Shown: piece after piece, positions 10,227 through 19,245 of the stretch
Layout: each line of letters begins with the position of its first letter
Position numbering within the stretch: position 1 is the first letter of the stretch
Assembly: GCA_007131285.1 (NCBI GenBank)
Contig: SLQV01000017.1
Coordinates: forward strand, 1 to 61,128
From: Myxococcales bacterium
GTDB lineage: Bacteria; Myxococcota_A; Polyangia; Polyangiales; SLQV01
Direction: 5' to 3'
Length of the DNA: 61,128 nt
Position numbers and translations under genes: made by a program
Notes under the pieces: model-generated
Told to the model about the DNA's origin: nothing
The model's database searches: none
What the model saw: only the letters and a program-made list of their open reading frames with translations

Positions 10227-11135
10227 CTAGCGAACCGTGATGCTGCCCGGATCTGAAGTGCCACCGAAGGCGTCGGGAGGACTAGGCCAGAGAAAATAGG
10301 CCGCCGTGACCGCACCGCCAACAAGTAGAAGTGCGCCTACGGTGGCCCAGATAATGGTGTTGCGGCGGCGTGTACCGTCCGCCTTGGGAGTGGGTTCGGA
10401 GAATGGTGGACCCTGGCTGGCAAGGTGTTCAACTTGCGTGCGGTGCGCCGGGTCTTTCGCCGCTTCGCCTAGCGCGATGGGATCAAGCCACGCGCCCTTG
10501 CGGGGTTCCGCTTTCAAGCCGCTCCAGCTCACATCGACGATGTCACCGCGCTGCACGGTGACGATCTGGCCAAGCACCAACCCAGCCTCCCGCACGAGTT
10601 CTATCTCGTAGGTGCCAGGCAGCACCCAGAGTCGCTCCGGCGTTTCACTGAGCGCGATACCCCCAAGCAGAAGCCGATCGCTGGCGTCGAGCTCGCGTGC
10701 TTCGAAGGCTAGCTGCCCGAGGCTAGCCTCCAGTTCGGCAAGCGCCCCCTCGGCAGCGCGAATCTGCGCCTCACTGAGATACAGCCTATCTCTCGTCAAT
10801 ACTTTTTCGTAAGTCTCCCGCGCCTCCAGTAACGCGGCGGTCTGGGACAGCGCGCCCGCAAGATTGAGCAATGTGACCGGGTGCGGCTGAAGCGCATAAG
10901 AACGGCGAAAAGCTGCGGCGGCTTCCTGCCAATCGCCTGACTTAGCTGCCGCAACCGCCGACCCAAAAGCGGCCCGCGCTTCCCCCTGCGGTAATGGCTG
11001 CGTGGACTTGCCTGCGACAGGCGGTTCGGGCTGCGCTGACGCACTTCCCGCCCAACCTTGGCCACTCATCCCTACGAGCAGGGCCGTACAAAGCGGTAGG
11101 CTAAGGCGGTAAAAAGCAGGCATCATAACAAACAT
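10227..11135 (-). CDS. Hypothetical secreted/membrane-anchored protein (TPR-like helical region, PEGA-like beta domain, C-terminal TM)
   Basis: Signal peptide starting at the internal Met (MFVMMPAFYRLSLPLCTALLVG..ASAQ). PEGA-like stretch LWVLPGTYEIELV. C-terminal TM IIWATVGALLLVGGAVTAAYFLW. Start chosen at Met26 of the track ORF. Confidence 0.6.
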   Translation of the reverse strand: MFVMMPAFYRLSLPLCTALLVGMSGQGWAGSASAQPEPPVAGKSTQPLPQGEARAAFGSAVAAAKSGDWQEAAAAFRRSYALQPHPVTLLNLAGALSQTAALLEARETYEKVLTRDRLYLSEAQIRAAEGALAELEASLGQLAFEARELDASDRLLLGGIALSETPERLWVLPGTYEIELVREAGLVLGQIVTVQRGDIVDVSWSGLKAEPRKGAWLDPIALGEAAKDPAHRTQVEHLASQGPPFSEPTPKADGTRRRNTIIWATVGALLLVGGAVTAAYFLWPSPPDAFGGTSDPGSITVR

Positions 11136-11282
11136 CGAGAGCAACCATTCAGGGGCGTGGGCTTTTTCCCGCTCTCCCAGCCGCTCGCCACTAAGGCAAC
11201 GGCTACCCATACTATAACGCGCCTTTGAGATCGGTTAGGCTCTTAGATGGCTCATGTTCGCAAAAATCGCTAAAGTGATCAC

Positions 11283-12980
11283 ATGAAAGGCCCGGCGTTT
11301 TTTCGGCGCACCCGCTACCTAGATGCGGCGCGACCGTGCACTTTCTCCTTCGGCACCGCCGCTGAGCTCCCCCGCCCACCTGCGCATCTCTGCTTGGGCC
11401 AAGCCATCGTGCTGGCCTTGGTGCTGGCGTTCCTAGGCTGCAAGCCAGGTCCACGTTCGGAAGTTGTGGTGGTCTTGGACTCCACCTTTAGCGTTCCGGA
11501 TGAAATTAACGCGATCCGTTTCGATGTCAGGGACAGTTCTGGCCAGCAGCAGCGTTCGGAAGCGTTGCTCTTCGGCCCAACGCGAAGCGCACTGCCTGTC
11601 ACGCTCTCACTTGTAGGCGAAGACTCAAGGTCGGCAAGCGTTGTTCAGCTTGTGATTACCGGTGCACTAGGCGCCACCGAGGTATTCAGCCGCCGCGGGC
11701 AACTTCGGCTGGCCGCCGGACAAAGACGCGTATTCCCGATCGGACTGTTCCGCGAATGCTTGGAGTGCGGCCCCGATTGTACCGAACCGGCCTGCCTGCG
11801 CTTTAATGTCTCCGCGTTAGATCTCGAGCCCTTTACCGGCGAGCTGCCCGGCGTAACGAACCCCTTCACCGGGACATGTTTGGGCCAGGGCACGTGTGCG
11901 AGACCCACCGCCCGCTCATTGAGCGCGAATGCAGAAGAAACCTGCTTGGTGGACCCGGACGGCCAGTTGCGGTGCTTCAGTGGCACGCAAAACGGCGAGA
12001 CCCGTTTTGACCGACGGTCACTGAAAGCGGTCGGACTTGGCGATGGCTTTGGTTGTGCCATTGATGACAGTGACAACGCTCCCGGCATGGTGGTGTGCTG
12101 GGGTCGGGGCGAGCACGGTCAGCTTGGCAACGATCAGACAGGTGACAGGGACTTTCCCGTTCCCGTGCTCAACGACACCCGCGAAGTGCTTATAGAAGTT
12201 ACCGCGTTAGCAGTGGGCGCGCGCCATGCGTGTGCCCTCACCGACGCTGGCGCGGTTTACTGCTGGGGGGACAACCGGCGCGGTCAGGTTACAGGCGAAG
12301 CGCCAGCCACGGGCCCCGAACAGCTAGCACGGGCCCGGGCAGTTGCAGGGCTTGATGAGGTAGGCGTCATTGGCGCTGGCAAGGCGCACTCGTGTGCCGC
12401 CAAACGCGACGGCACGCTTCTCTGCTTTGGCGACCGCAGCGACGGCCAGTCCGGCGGCGGTGCATCCGAGATTGCGAGCGACGGACTGATTGAAGTAACC
12501 TTTCCAGAACCTTCGCCAGCGGCGATCGAAGCACTGGCTTTGGGCGATGCACATACCTGCGCGCTGACCGGCAATGGGCAAGTCTTCTGTTGGGGGCGCA
12601 ATATTGACGGCGAAGCAGGCGTTCCGGGTGAAGCCGGCCCCATTATCTTGCCGCGACGCCACATCGGATTGAACTCAGGACAGCATATCGCCGCGGGCAC
12701 GTCGCACACCTGCGTCGCCAGCAGCACACGCTTGCAGTGTTGGGGCCGCGGCGAGGCCGGCCAGCTTGGCCAAGTCGTCGACGCCAGTTCGAATCCCGTC
12801 GAAATCACGCTTCTTTCAAACGCACGTGCCCTGGGACTCGGTGCTGCGCACACCTGCGTGGCCGTTGATCGAGGCAATGTACAGTGCTTCGGGGACAACA
12901 GCGCCCTGCCAATGGGCCGCGAAGCCGCCGCTGGCGGCACAACCCCAATTTCCATCATCGATTTCGCCTCGCCACCCTAG
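11283..12980 (+). CDS. RCC1-repeat (beta-propeller) lipoprotein
   Basis: Lipobox LAFLGC. At least 6 RCC1-type repeats (CWGRGEHGQLG, YCWGDNRRGQV, LCFGDRSDGQSG, FCWGRNIDGEAG, QCWGRGEAGQLG, QCFGDNS), each preceded by H(A/T)CA. Confidence 0.85.
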   Translation: MKGPAFFRRTRYLDAARPCTFSFGTAAELPRPPAHLCLGQAIVLALVLAFLGCKPGPRSEVVVVLDSTFSVPDEINAIRFDVRDSSGQQQRSEALLFGPTRSALPVTLSLVGEDSRSASVVQLVITGALGATEVFSRRGQLRLAAGQRRVFPIGLFRECLECGPDCTEPACLRFNVSALDLEPFTGELPGVTNPFTGTCLGQGTCARPTARSLSANAEETCLVDPDGQLRCFSGTQNGETRFDRRSLKAVGLGDGFGCAIDDSDNAPGMVVCWGRGEHGQLGNDQTGDRDFPVPVLNDTREVLIEVTALAVGARHACALTDAGAVYCWGDNRRGQVTGEAPATGPEQLARARAVAGLDEVGVIGAGKAHSCAAKRDGTLLCFGDRSDGQSGGGASEIASDGLIEVTFPEPSPAAIEALALGDAHTCALTGNGQVFCWGRNIDGEAGVPGEAGPIILPRRHIGLNSGQHIAAGTSHTCVASSTRLQCWGRGEAGQLGQVVDASSNPVEITLLSNARALGLGAAHTCVAVDRGNVQCFGDNSALPMGREAAAGGTTPISIIDFASPP

Positions 12981-13225
12981 TCGGTGACGCTTGGCTCACC
13001 CGAGCCAAAGACGAGATCGCCTGTCTGGAGACACGGTGTCACGGTCTCATCGACCGCAACGCAGCGGCCACCGACACAGACCCGGACCGCGCCTCCGCAG
13101 ACGACCGAATGAATGCACTGGCCATCCTCAAGACAGCGCGCACCCTCTGGAGCGTCAGGAACCGAAAGCTTTCGGTTTGCACACGCAGGCTGAACCAAGC
13201 CCAGCGTACACACACCCCACAACAC
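12977..13225 (-). CDS. Small Cys-rich putative lipoprotein
   Basis: C-terminal part of the 161-aa track ORF. Lipobox-like LVQPAC, then 8 Cys in about 60 aa (CLEDGQCIHSVVCGG..VCVGGRCV..PC). The ATG at 13462 would put 94 aa before the lipobox, so GTG at 13225 is proposed. Convergent 4-nt overlap with the RCC1 gene stop. Confidence 0.35.
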   Translation of the reverse strand: MLWGVCTLGLVQPACANRKLSVPDAPEGARCLEDGQCIHSVVCGGAVRVCVGGRCVAVDETVTPCLQTGDLVFGSGEPSVTD

Positions 13226-13508
13226 GAAGCCTAACCGAGCCTGGTAGCTGCTGGCTAGTGTGAGAGTGCACCTGCGTAACGGAAGTGCGGCTCGCGATGC
13301 GCTCTTGTGCGCGGCCCGCCGCCCTGAAATGATCCTTTCGCATGGCCTGAGAACGATTGAGCGTAGCGCCCCGGCGAACCGGCCGAAAGCACGATGGATT
13401 AGCGGCAACCGGCTACGGCCAGCGCCGACGCGTAGAGACTCTACTGACAAAGAAGCGGTCATCGCTCAAGCTCCTACCTTGCCCTGATGCTACGTTACGG
13501 CATCGCTC

Positions 13509-14171
13509 ATGGCTCGCATTGTTCTACTGGGCCCACTGACGGACCCTCAACGCGCGTGGCATCGCTGGGTTGCGGAGACGCTGCTGGCCGACGGCCACAC
13601 CCTCACTCTCGGCGGAATCACGCCGGATGACTTGAGCCACTTTGGTGCTCTTCGACTCGTTTTGCGACAACCTGGTTCAGCACCGCCGCACCAGGTGCAG
13701 GTTGCTGCAGCGGCGCAGCTTGAGCGGGACGACCACGACATTTCGATCACACTTTCGCCGCTAACATCCGCCAGCGCGCCGCCGCGCTACCCTCTGGAAG
13801 CTCCGGTCTTTCACGCGCACCTTACGGTCCTTTTTGGCCCACCCGACCCAGAGCCCACTACGCTCCTCCAGGCTCTCGATTCGCTAAACCACCACTTCCT
13901 TGCATCTAGCCACGCCGGGGCCGCCGCTACCCATGTCGCGACATCCCAGAGCACGCTATTGCTGGAGGGCGACCTCTCTCAACTCGCAACCTGGACGGCG
14001 CCCGCGCTGCAAGCGCTTGTCAACATCCGCGCGAAACAAATGCTTCTCCGCGTAAGTCCGGGACGCTATCTCCAAACGTTCATCGCGACGCGACCCGTCA
14101 AAAATGCGATCCGGCCTCCGTCTGGCGATACGCTTCGCGCAACCCTCCTTGGTTCGGGGCCTCCTCCCTAG
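13509..14171 (+). CDS. Hypothetical protein
   Basis: 220-aa ORF with no competing long ORF. No motif recognised. Confidence 0.55.
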   Translation: MARIVLLGPLTDPQRAWHRWVAETLLADGHTLTLGGITPDDLSHFGALRLVLRQPGSAPPHQVQVAAAAQLERDDHDISITLSPLTSASAPPRYPLEAPVFHAHLTVLFGPPDPEPTTLLQALDSLNHHFLASSHAGAAATHVATSQSTLLLEGDLSQLATWTAPALQALVNIRAKQMLLRVSPGRYLQTFIATRPVKNAIRPPSGDTLRATLLGSGPPP

Positions 14172-14328
14172 CGCCCCCCCCAAAAGCCAAGCGCTCGCCG
14201 TAGGCGGCACGTGAACCTTTCCGGAAGCCTTTTCGCTTGCGTCAGCCCGTGCCGCTAGCCTCGTAACCAACCGTCAACATCGTTGGTTTTTCGCGAAGCA
14301 TCACTCAAAGCGAGCGTGTCATCGCGAA

Positions 14329-14508
14329 CTAGAGAACGTCGAGAATCAACACGCCACGCGCGTCGTCGTCATCGTCTCTACCGTGCCTAGCGGGCAGCTC
14401 GTCCTCGACGTGCTCAATGAGGGGCAAGTGGAGTTCGATGTGCAGCGGGGCAGAGTCCCGACGCTTTTCGCGTTCTCTCAACTGCTCGATGATAAAAGGG
14501 TGAAGCAT
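14329..14508 (-). CDS. Small acidic hypothetical protein (59 aa), below the ORF-track cutoff
   Basis: Hand translation gives MLHPFIIEQLREREKRRDSAPLHIELHLPLIEHVEDELPARHGRDDDDDARGVLILDVL. GGGAG lies 6 nt upstream of the ATG at 14508 and the stop is TAG at 14331..14329. Divergent from rsmA. Confidence 0.4.
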   Translation of the reverse strand: MLHPFIIEQLREREKRRDSAPLHIELHLPLIEHVEDELPARHGRDDDDDARGVLILDVL

Positions 14509-14836
14509 AGTTACTCCCTATGTGTGCGTCTGTAACGAATCTTTAATCTGCGACGAAGTGCCTTTAGTTCAGGTTAAGCAACCTACTGGATTAATCAAGT
14601 GCTTAACCTCGCCGGACCCTTGCAGCCAAAATCGCCCGCACCTCGCCTTCCGTGACAAAAGCTACGACGCCACGGATTGGCTCGCGATTCACCTGCTCGG
14701 GCCCTAGTAGCGAGCTAGGCTCATTACTGGGGATTGAACAGTGGCTCTCTAAAGTACATCTGCGAGAATCAGGCCAAGTGTTTACAGAACACACAAGCCC
14801 AAGCCCAACTCGGTGCGCTGCTCGAAATACCTATCC

Positions 14837-15706
14837 ATGAACGCTTCAGAACGCCGGACCACGCCGACGTGGTGGGAATCACCCGGGCAGGTGCTCAAGG
14901 CTTACCAGCTCCAGGCTCAGAAGCGTTTTTCTCAAAACTTTCTGGCCGACTGGCGGGTCGTGTCAAAGATCGTGGATCGAGCCGCTGCGTTTCGCGCAAC
15001 CCACATCGTCGAAATCGGCCCCGGTCTCGGCATGCTCACCGCTGGCTTAGCGAGCCTAAACGTACCCTTGCTCGCCCTAGACATAGACTCGAGCCTTGAG
15101 CCCCGGCTGCGGGAACTCGAGACACGTTACGCAAACCTCTCGGTACGCTTCGCGGACGGCAGTGATTTTCCGTCGTGGCTTGCCTCCTGTAAAAATGCGC
15201 CTCTGGTGGTTTCCAATCTGCCCTATGCTCTGAGCGGGCGCTTTTTGAGGTCCACGCTCGATCACCACGCAAGTATTACTGGGGCGATCTATATGCTGCA
15301 ACGCGAGGTCGCGCTGCGCCTTATGGCAAGGCCCAGAACCCCCGAGTACGGCGCGTTGAGTGTGCTTGCGCAGAGCATGTTCCGCGTCAGCTCGGTGGCG
15401 ACAGCGCGGGCAAGTGCGTTTATTCCACCACCGAAGGTCGACAGCATGGTCGTTGCTCTCGTTCCGGCGCCTCAACTCGCAGCAAGCGACCTGCCGCAGC
15501 TAATAACCCTCGTGAAAACCGCTTTTGCGCAACGACGCAAAGTGCTGGTCTCGAATTTAAAGTCTTTGCTACCGCGGACGACCGTCAGTGACTGGCTTGC
15601 CACCGAAGGCTTCAGCGCCACTTGCCGGGCAGAGGAGCTAAGCCCGGAACATTTTCAGCGCCTGACACTTCTCTGCTGTGGTCATCGCCTCCCGCTTAGC
15701 CCCTGA
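14837..15706 (+). CDS. rsmA: 16S rRNA (adenine1518-N6/adenine1519-N6)-dimethyltransferase RsmA/KsgA
   Basis: KRFSQNFL, SAM-binding VEIGPGLGMLT and NLPY motifs. The internal ATG at 14837 is preferred to the track start at 14813. Confidence 0.9.
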   Translation: MNASERRTTPTWWESPGQVLKAYQLQAQKRFSQNFLADWRVVSKIVDRAAAFRATHIVEIGPGLGMLTAGLASLNVPLLALDIDSSLEPRLRELETRYANLSVRFADGSDFPSWLASCKNAPLVVSNLPYALSGRFLRSTLDHHASITGAIYMLQREVALRLMARPRTPEYGALSVLAQSMFRVSSVATARASAFIPPPKVDSMVVALVPAPQLAASDLPQLITLVKTAFAQRRKVLVSNLKSLLPRTTVSDWLATEGFSATCRAEELSPEHFQRLTLLCCGHRLPLSP

Positions 15707-15785
15707 CACGCCCAACTGGTATAGGTACTCAGACGCTATCGGCGCTGGAACGAGCTGTAGCAAATCTTATTCCTGATGATTAGGC

Positions 15786-17165
15786 TTGTGCGTGACTTGG
15801 TTCTTCTTTTCAACTAGACGCGTGCTCATCGAGATACTGGCGCTTGCGACGATTTCGGTGTTGGCAGCAGGCTGCAGTACGCCCTACAACCGGCCAGACA
15901 CAACCATCTTGTCGGCGCGGTCGGGCACTGGTCGCGACGCGGACACGCGCAGCACGGCGCACCCTCGCGAGCTTGACCACGCAGAGTCAGGCAACAACTC
16001 ACTCAGCGATTCGCGAGAAGACACACGTGGCGCTGTGCCCTGGGGTATCGGTGCCAGCGATCTCCCTCGTGTTGGCACGCTCTCCCTCGACCAGCCGCTT
16101 CCCAGTACTGACAGCGGAACGTTCGACCCGGCAGTTCATTCCAGCCCACATCGTCCAGGTGCCGACCCAACGTGCGTCGCACTGATTATCGACCCGCGTA
16201 CACAGAAAGCCCTCGCGAGCGACCTGCGTCGAGGCGTCGTCCTTGGAGCGGCCCGCAACCAGCGTACTGTCGTCGAAGTCTCTTCAGATTCGCAGTCCAA
16301 CACGCAACCCCTGCCGTGTAGCCTTGGCATCGGACTCAGCGAAACAATCACTTCCTGGCTTGATAATCGGCCCGCACAAACGACCGGCTCGCGTTTTGTC
16401 GCTGTGGCACTGAAGGAACGCGACGGGCATCGCGGAACCTGCGGCGATCATGAACTTGGGCATCAATCGGCACTTGGAACGCATGCCGCCGCTCCAGTAC
16501 TAAGGCCCGCATGCCGGCCTGAAGGGGCGTTCGTAAGCGTAGTAGACCTAACACTCGCAACGCAGCGGGGTCGCCTACGCAGATGCCTCGCGCGCCGCGC
16601 GGCGACGGATGCCAGGCGCGACCCTAGCGTGACGAGCGTCCGGTTCGGCGACCCAACGAACCGGACGGCGGAGGTTGGCACGGGGGATGCCGAAATGCCG
16701 TTGCCGATGCATGAGCTCATCATCACGGCAGGTCTTTCCACTCGGGCATTGAGCGATGTCCTGAAAGCCGAGCGTCGCCGAAACTGGGGCTGGGCCGTCA
16801 TTTTGTCACTTCCACCTGATGTCTCGCGACTCGTCACCGCATGGATTCGGCAGAACGCGCTTAGCGCACCTACGTTAATCGTGGCCACGAACGCGGGCCG
16901 GCATCCGGAAGCACTTTCAGCCGCAGGTGATACCGACGGCATCACCTGGGCATCTGCCTTCGCACCCGCAGCTAGCCACTCGCCAGCAGCCACGTTCGTG
17001 GACGACTACGCCCGTCTTTATCAGGATCTCCCTTCGGAGTTGGCGCTCGCCGGGTGGCAGGCGGCCCAGCTCAGCGGCGACCTAGCGAAGATGCCTTCAT
17101 CGCTCGTACTGCCTCTCTTTCTTTGGGATGGCGACGCGCGCAGTGCTTCACGCTGCGGGGGGTGA
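15786..17165 (+). CDS. Hypothetical lipoprotein, possibly with a periplasmic-binding-protein fold (LivK/LpoA-like)
   Basis: Lipobox VLAAGC. The C-terminal region resembles type-I periplasmic binding proteins (FVDDYARLYQDLPSELALAGWQAAQL). The functional call is weak. Confidence 0.55.
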   Translation: MCVTWFFFSTRRVLIEILALATISVLAAGCSTPYNRPDTTILSARSGTGRDADTRSTAHPRELDHAESGNNSLSDSREDTRGAVPWGIGASDLPRVGTLSLDQPLPSTDSGTFDPAVHSSPHRPGADPTCVALIIDPRTQKALASDLRRGVVLGAARNQRTVVEVSSDSQSNTQPLPCSLGIGLSETITSWLDNRPAQTTGSRFVAVALKERDGHRGTCGDHELGHQSALGTHAAAPVLRPACRPEGAFVSVVDLTLATQRGRLRRCLARRAATDARRDPSVTSVRFGDPTNRTAEVGTGDAEMPLPMHELIITAGLSTRALSDVLKAERRRNWGWAVILSLPPDVSRLVTAWIRQNALSAPTLIVATNAGRHPEALSAAGDTDGITWASAFAPAASHSPAATFVDDYARLYQDLPSELALAGWQAAQLSGDLAKMPSSLVLPLFLWDGDARSASRCGG

Positions 17166-17345
17166 ACTCATCGAGGACCCCGTGAAGCCCCTGGACCCGT
17201 AGGTGTAGCGGGGGCGGCCACCCGAGATGCCTGTTTGCGCCTGCCACCGGCGCTCCCCCGGCCCCACACGCGGCGCGCCCTTCCTCCGCCTCGCTCGGCA
17301 GCGACCGCTAACCCGCAGCGTGACGTTTGTAACCACCGCGTCAAT

Positions 17346-17717
17346 CTAGAGGGTTGCTTGTAGCACCGCCCTAATATCCGGAACCCGGTGCCGAGCCTTC
17401 CTGGACAAGGTGGAGCCTCGCGCGCGAACCATCAACCAATAACCTTCGCCAAGTTCAACGAAGGTTAGACACGCATGGCGACTCGAAAGGCAGACTTCCC
17501 GCAGCTTGCCGCGTAACGTGGCTGCGTGGGTGACGGCGAGCACCGCCGACACGGGTTGCGCTGCCCATACGAGCGCCTGGTCGACGACAACACGTGTGGC
17601 GTAGTCCACCCATTCCGCTTGGTCATCGACGAGCACGGCGGCATCGACACGCGGACATGCGCACATCAACGCTTCAAGCACATCCGTAAATGCAGTGCGA
17701 CGATGCTCTCGCTTCAT
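17346..17717 (-). CDS. Hypothetical protein, possibly Roadblock/LC7 (MglB-like) fold
   Basis: 123-aa ORF lying 51 nt downstream of a kinase gene on the same strand. Its residue spacing is reminiscent of Roadblock/LC7 (AAVLVDDQAEWVDYA ... CLTFVELGEGYWLMVRARGSTL). The fold assignment is an inference. Confidence 0.5.
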   Translation of the reverse strand: MKREHRRTAFTDVLEALMCACPRVDAAVLVDDQAEWVDYATRVVVDQALVWAAQPVSAVLAVTHAATLRGKLREVCLSSRHACLTFVELGEGYWLMVRARGSTLSRKARHRVPDIRAVLQATL

Positions 17718-17768
17718 TCACAGCTCACATGGCCGTCAAGGGCGTCAAACCACCCGGAATCGGGAACA

Positions 17769-18887
17769 TCAGCACACACGAAAAGCCAACACCGCCAAAA
17801 GTACAGCCAACCCAACAACCAAACCCAGACCCGTCAATACCGCCTTTCCGGGAATCGGCGGCGGCACGAAGGATACCTTAAGAGGCCCCTCTCCCAAGGA
17901 GCGAGAAGCATCAAAGGCAGCGGACGCCTCGCTCAGGTGCGGCAGCCTTTGACGAATCTCCGCTACACTGAGATTTTCGAGGGCCGAGTCCTGAAAGCTA
18001 GCCGGTTCAATTCCGAATGCCTGGGCAAACTCTTTTGCAAAATCCGTAGCTTTTGCGTAACGGCTGCTCTTTTCTTTCGCCAGGCCGCGTTGGAGCACGT
18101 TGTCCACTGCCGCCGTGATTCCGTTTGCGCCGCGCGCAAGTGGAGCCGGCTGCTCCTTAAGCACCTTCATCAGAATCTCGCCGATGGACTCTCCATCAAA
18201 TGCGACGCACCCGCTAAGCGCCTCGTAGGCAACTGCCGCGAGCGAAAAGACATCAGAGCGGCCATCAATATCCTGGCGACCGCGTGCCTGTTCTGGGGAC
18301 ATATATGCAGGCGATCCCAACGTTGTCCCGATCCCGGTAAGCTTGGGCCCGGTCTCGAGCTGCATCTTGACGGAACCAAAATCGAGCACACGAAGATCAT
18401 AATCCTCGCCCGCGGGACACAGAAAGATGTTCGCGGGCTTGAGGTCTCGATGAATTAGCCCTCGAGCGTGGGCAAAATCTAAAGCGGAAGCCACGCGCGC
18501 AACAATCTGAATGGTGGCGGCAAGACCAAGACGCCGACGCTGCGCCAACTCAATACTCAACTCGCGGCCGTAGAGACGTTCCATCACCAAGAACGGGACA
18601 CCCGTAGGCGTCGTGCCTCGTTCAAAGACCCGCACAATATAAGGGTGATTTAGACTTGCGGTGACCTCGAACTCACGGTCAAATCTCCGAGCATTGACCA
18701 AGTCCGCCGCCAGCGCACCGTGCATCACCTTGATGGCCACTGGCGGGGCTTCGGGGGCAGCGACTGAGCGAGCCTCGTACACGGTACCCGCAGCGCCCTC
18801 GCCGATGCGGGCGGTGAGATTAAAGCCAGCGAGCGTACTAAACGGCAGCGCTTTTAAATCGTTCACGAAAGCGCCCTCGGCCTGCAC
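17769..18887 (-). CDS. Hanks-type Ser/Thr protein kinase, C-terminal tail anchor
   Basis: GEGAAGTVYEA, VAIKVM, canonical HRDLKPANIFL, DFGSVK, AYMSPEQ. C-terminal TM LTGLGLVVGLAVLLAVLAF. Confidence 0.9.
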   Translation of the reverse strand: MQAEGAFVNDLKALPFSTLAGFNLTARIGEGAAGTVYEARSVAAPEAPPVAIKVMHGALAADLVNARRFDREFEVTASLNHPYIVRVFERGTTPTGVPFLVMERLYGRELSIELAQRRRLGLAATIQIVARVASALDFAHARGLIHRDLKPANIFLCPAGEDYDLRVLDFGSVKMQLETGPKLTGIGTTLGSPAYMSPEQARGRQDIDGRSDVFSLAAVAYEALSGCVAFDGESIGEILMKVLKEQPAPLARGANGITAAVDNVLQRGLAKEKSSRYAKATDFAKEFAQAFGIEPASFQDSALENLSVAEIRQRLPHLSEASAAFDASRSLGEGPLKVSFVPPPIPGKAVLTGLGLVVGLAVLLAVLAFRVC

Positions 18888-19245
18888 GTCAGAGATAGTT
18901 GACTTGCCCTGCCGGCTGCGACAGCGACGTCTCGAGCAGCAGACTGTGTCCTTTGGCCGGAGGGTTCATGCGATGTGTGATGCTTGGCGTAGAGCATAGG
19001 GTTGGGGGTGGTAGCCACTCCGAATCGATTTAAGAGCCAAACTAACCGAATATTCTCGCCCGATCCAGAGCACGCACTTCAGTCTCGCGCGAAATCTCAA
19101 TGTCGGACGGGAATGCGTGCGCTTTTCCGCAAAGCCGTTGCATGCCGCGTGATGCGCCATCTGCGGTCCGTGATGTCGGTCCTCGCTTAAGCAGAGACAC
19201 GCCTGAAGATGCATAAGCGCGCCTTGATGAACCGTAGCTCAAGGT

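Noticed and set aside
12284-12958. 224-aa minus-strand ORF antisense to the RCC1 gene
   Set aside because: The sense frame carries unmistakable RCC1 repeats. The antisense ORF is a high-GC artefact.
17526-18458. 310-aa plus-strand ORF antisense to the kinase and Roadblock-like genes
   Set aside because: It has no motifs and a biased composition, and it overlaps two opposite-strand ORFs that have strong kinase motifs.
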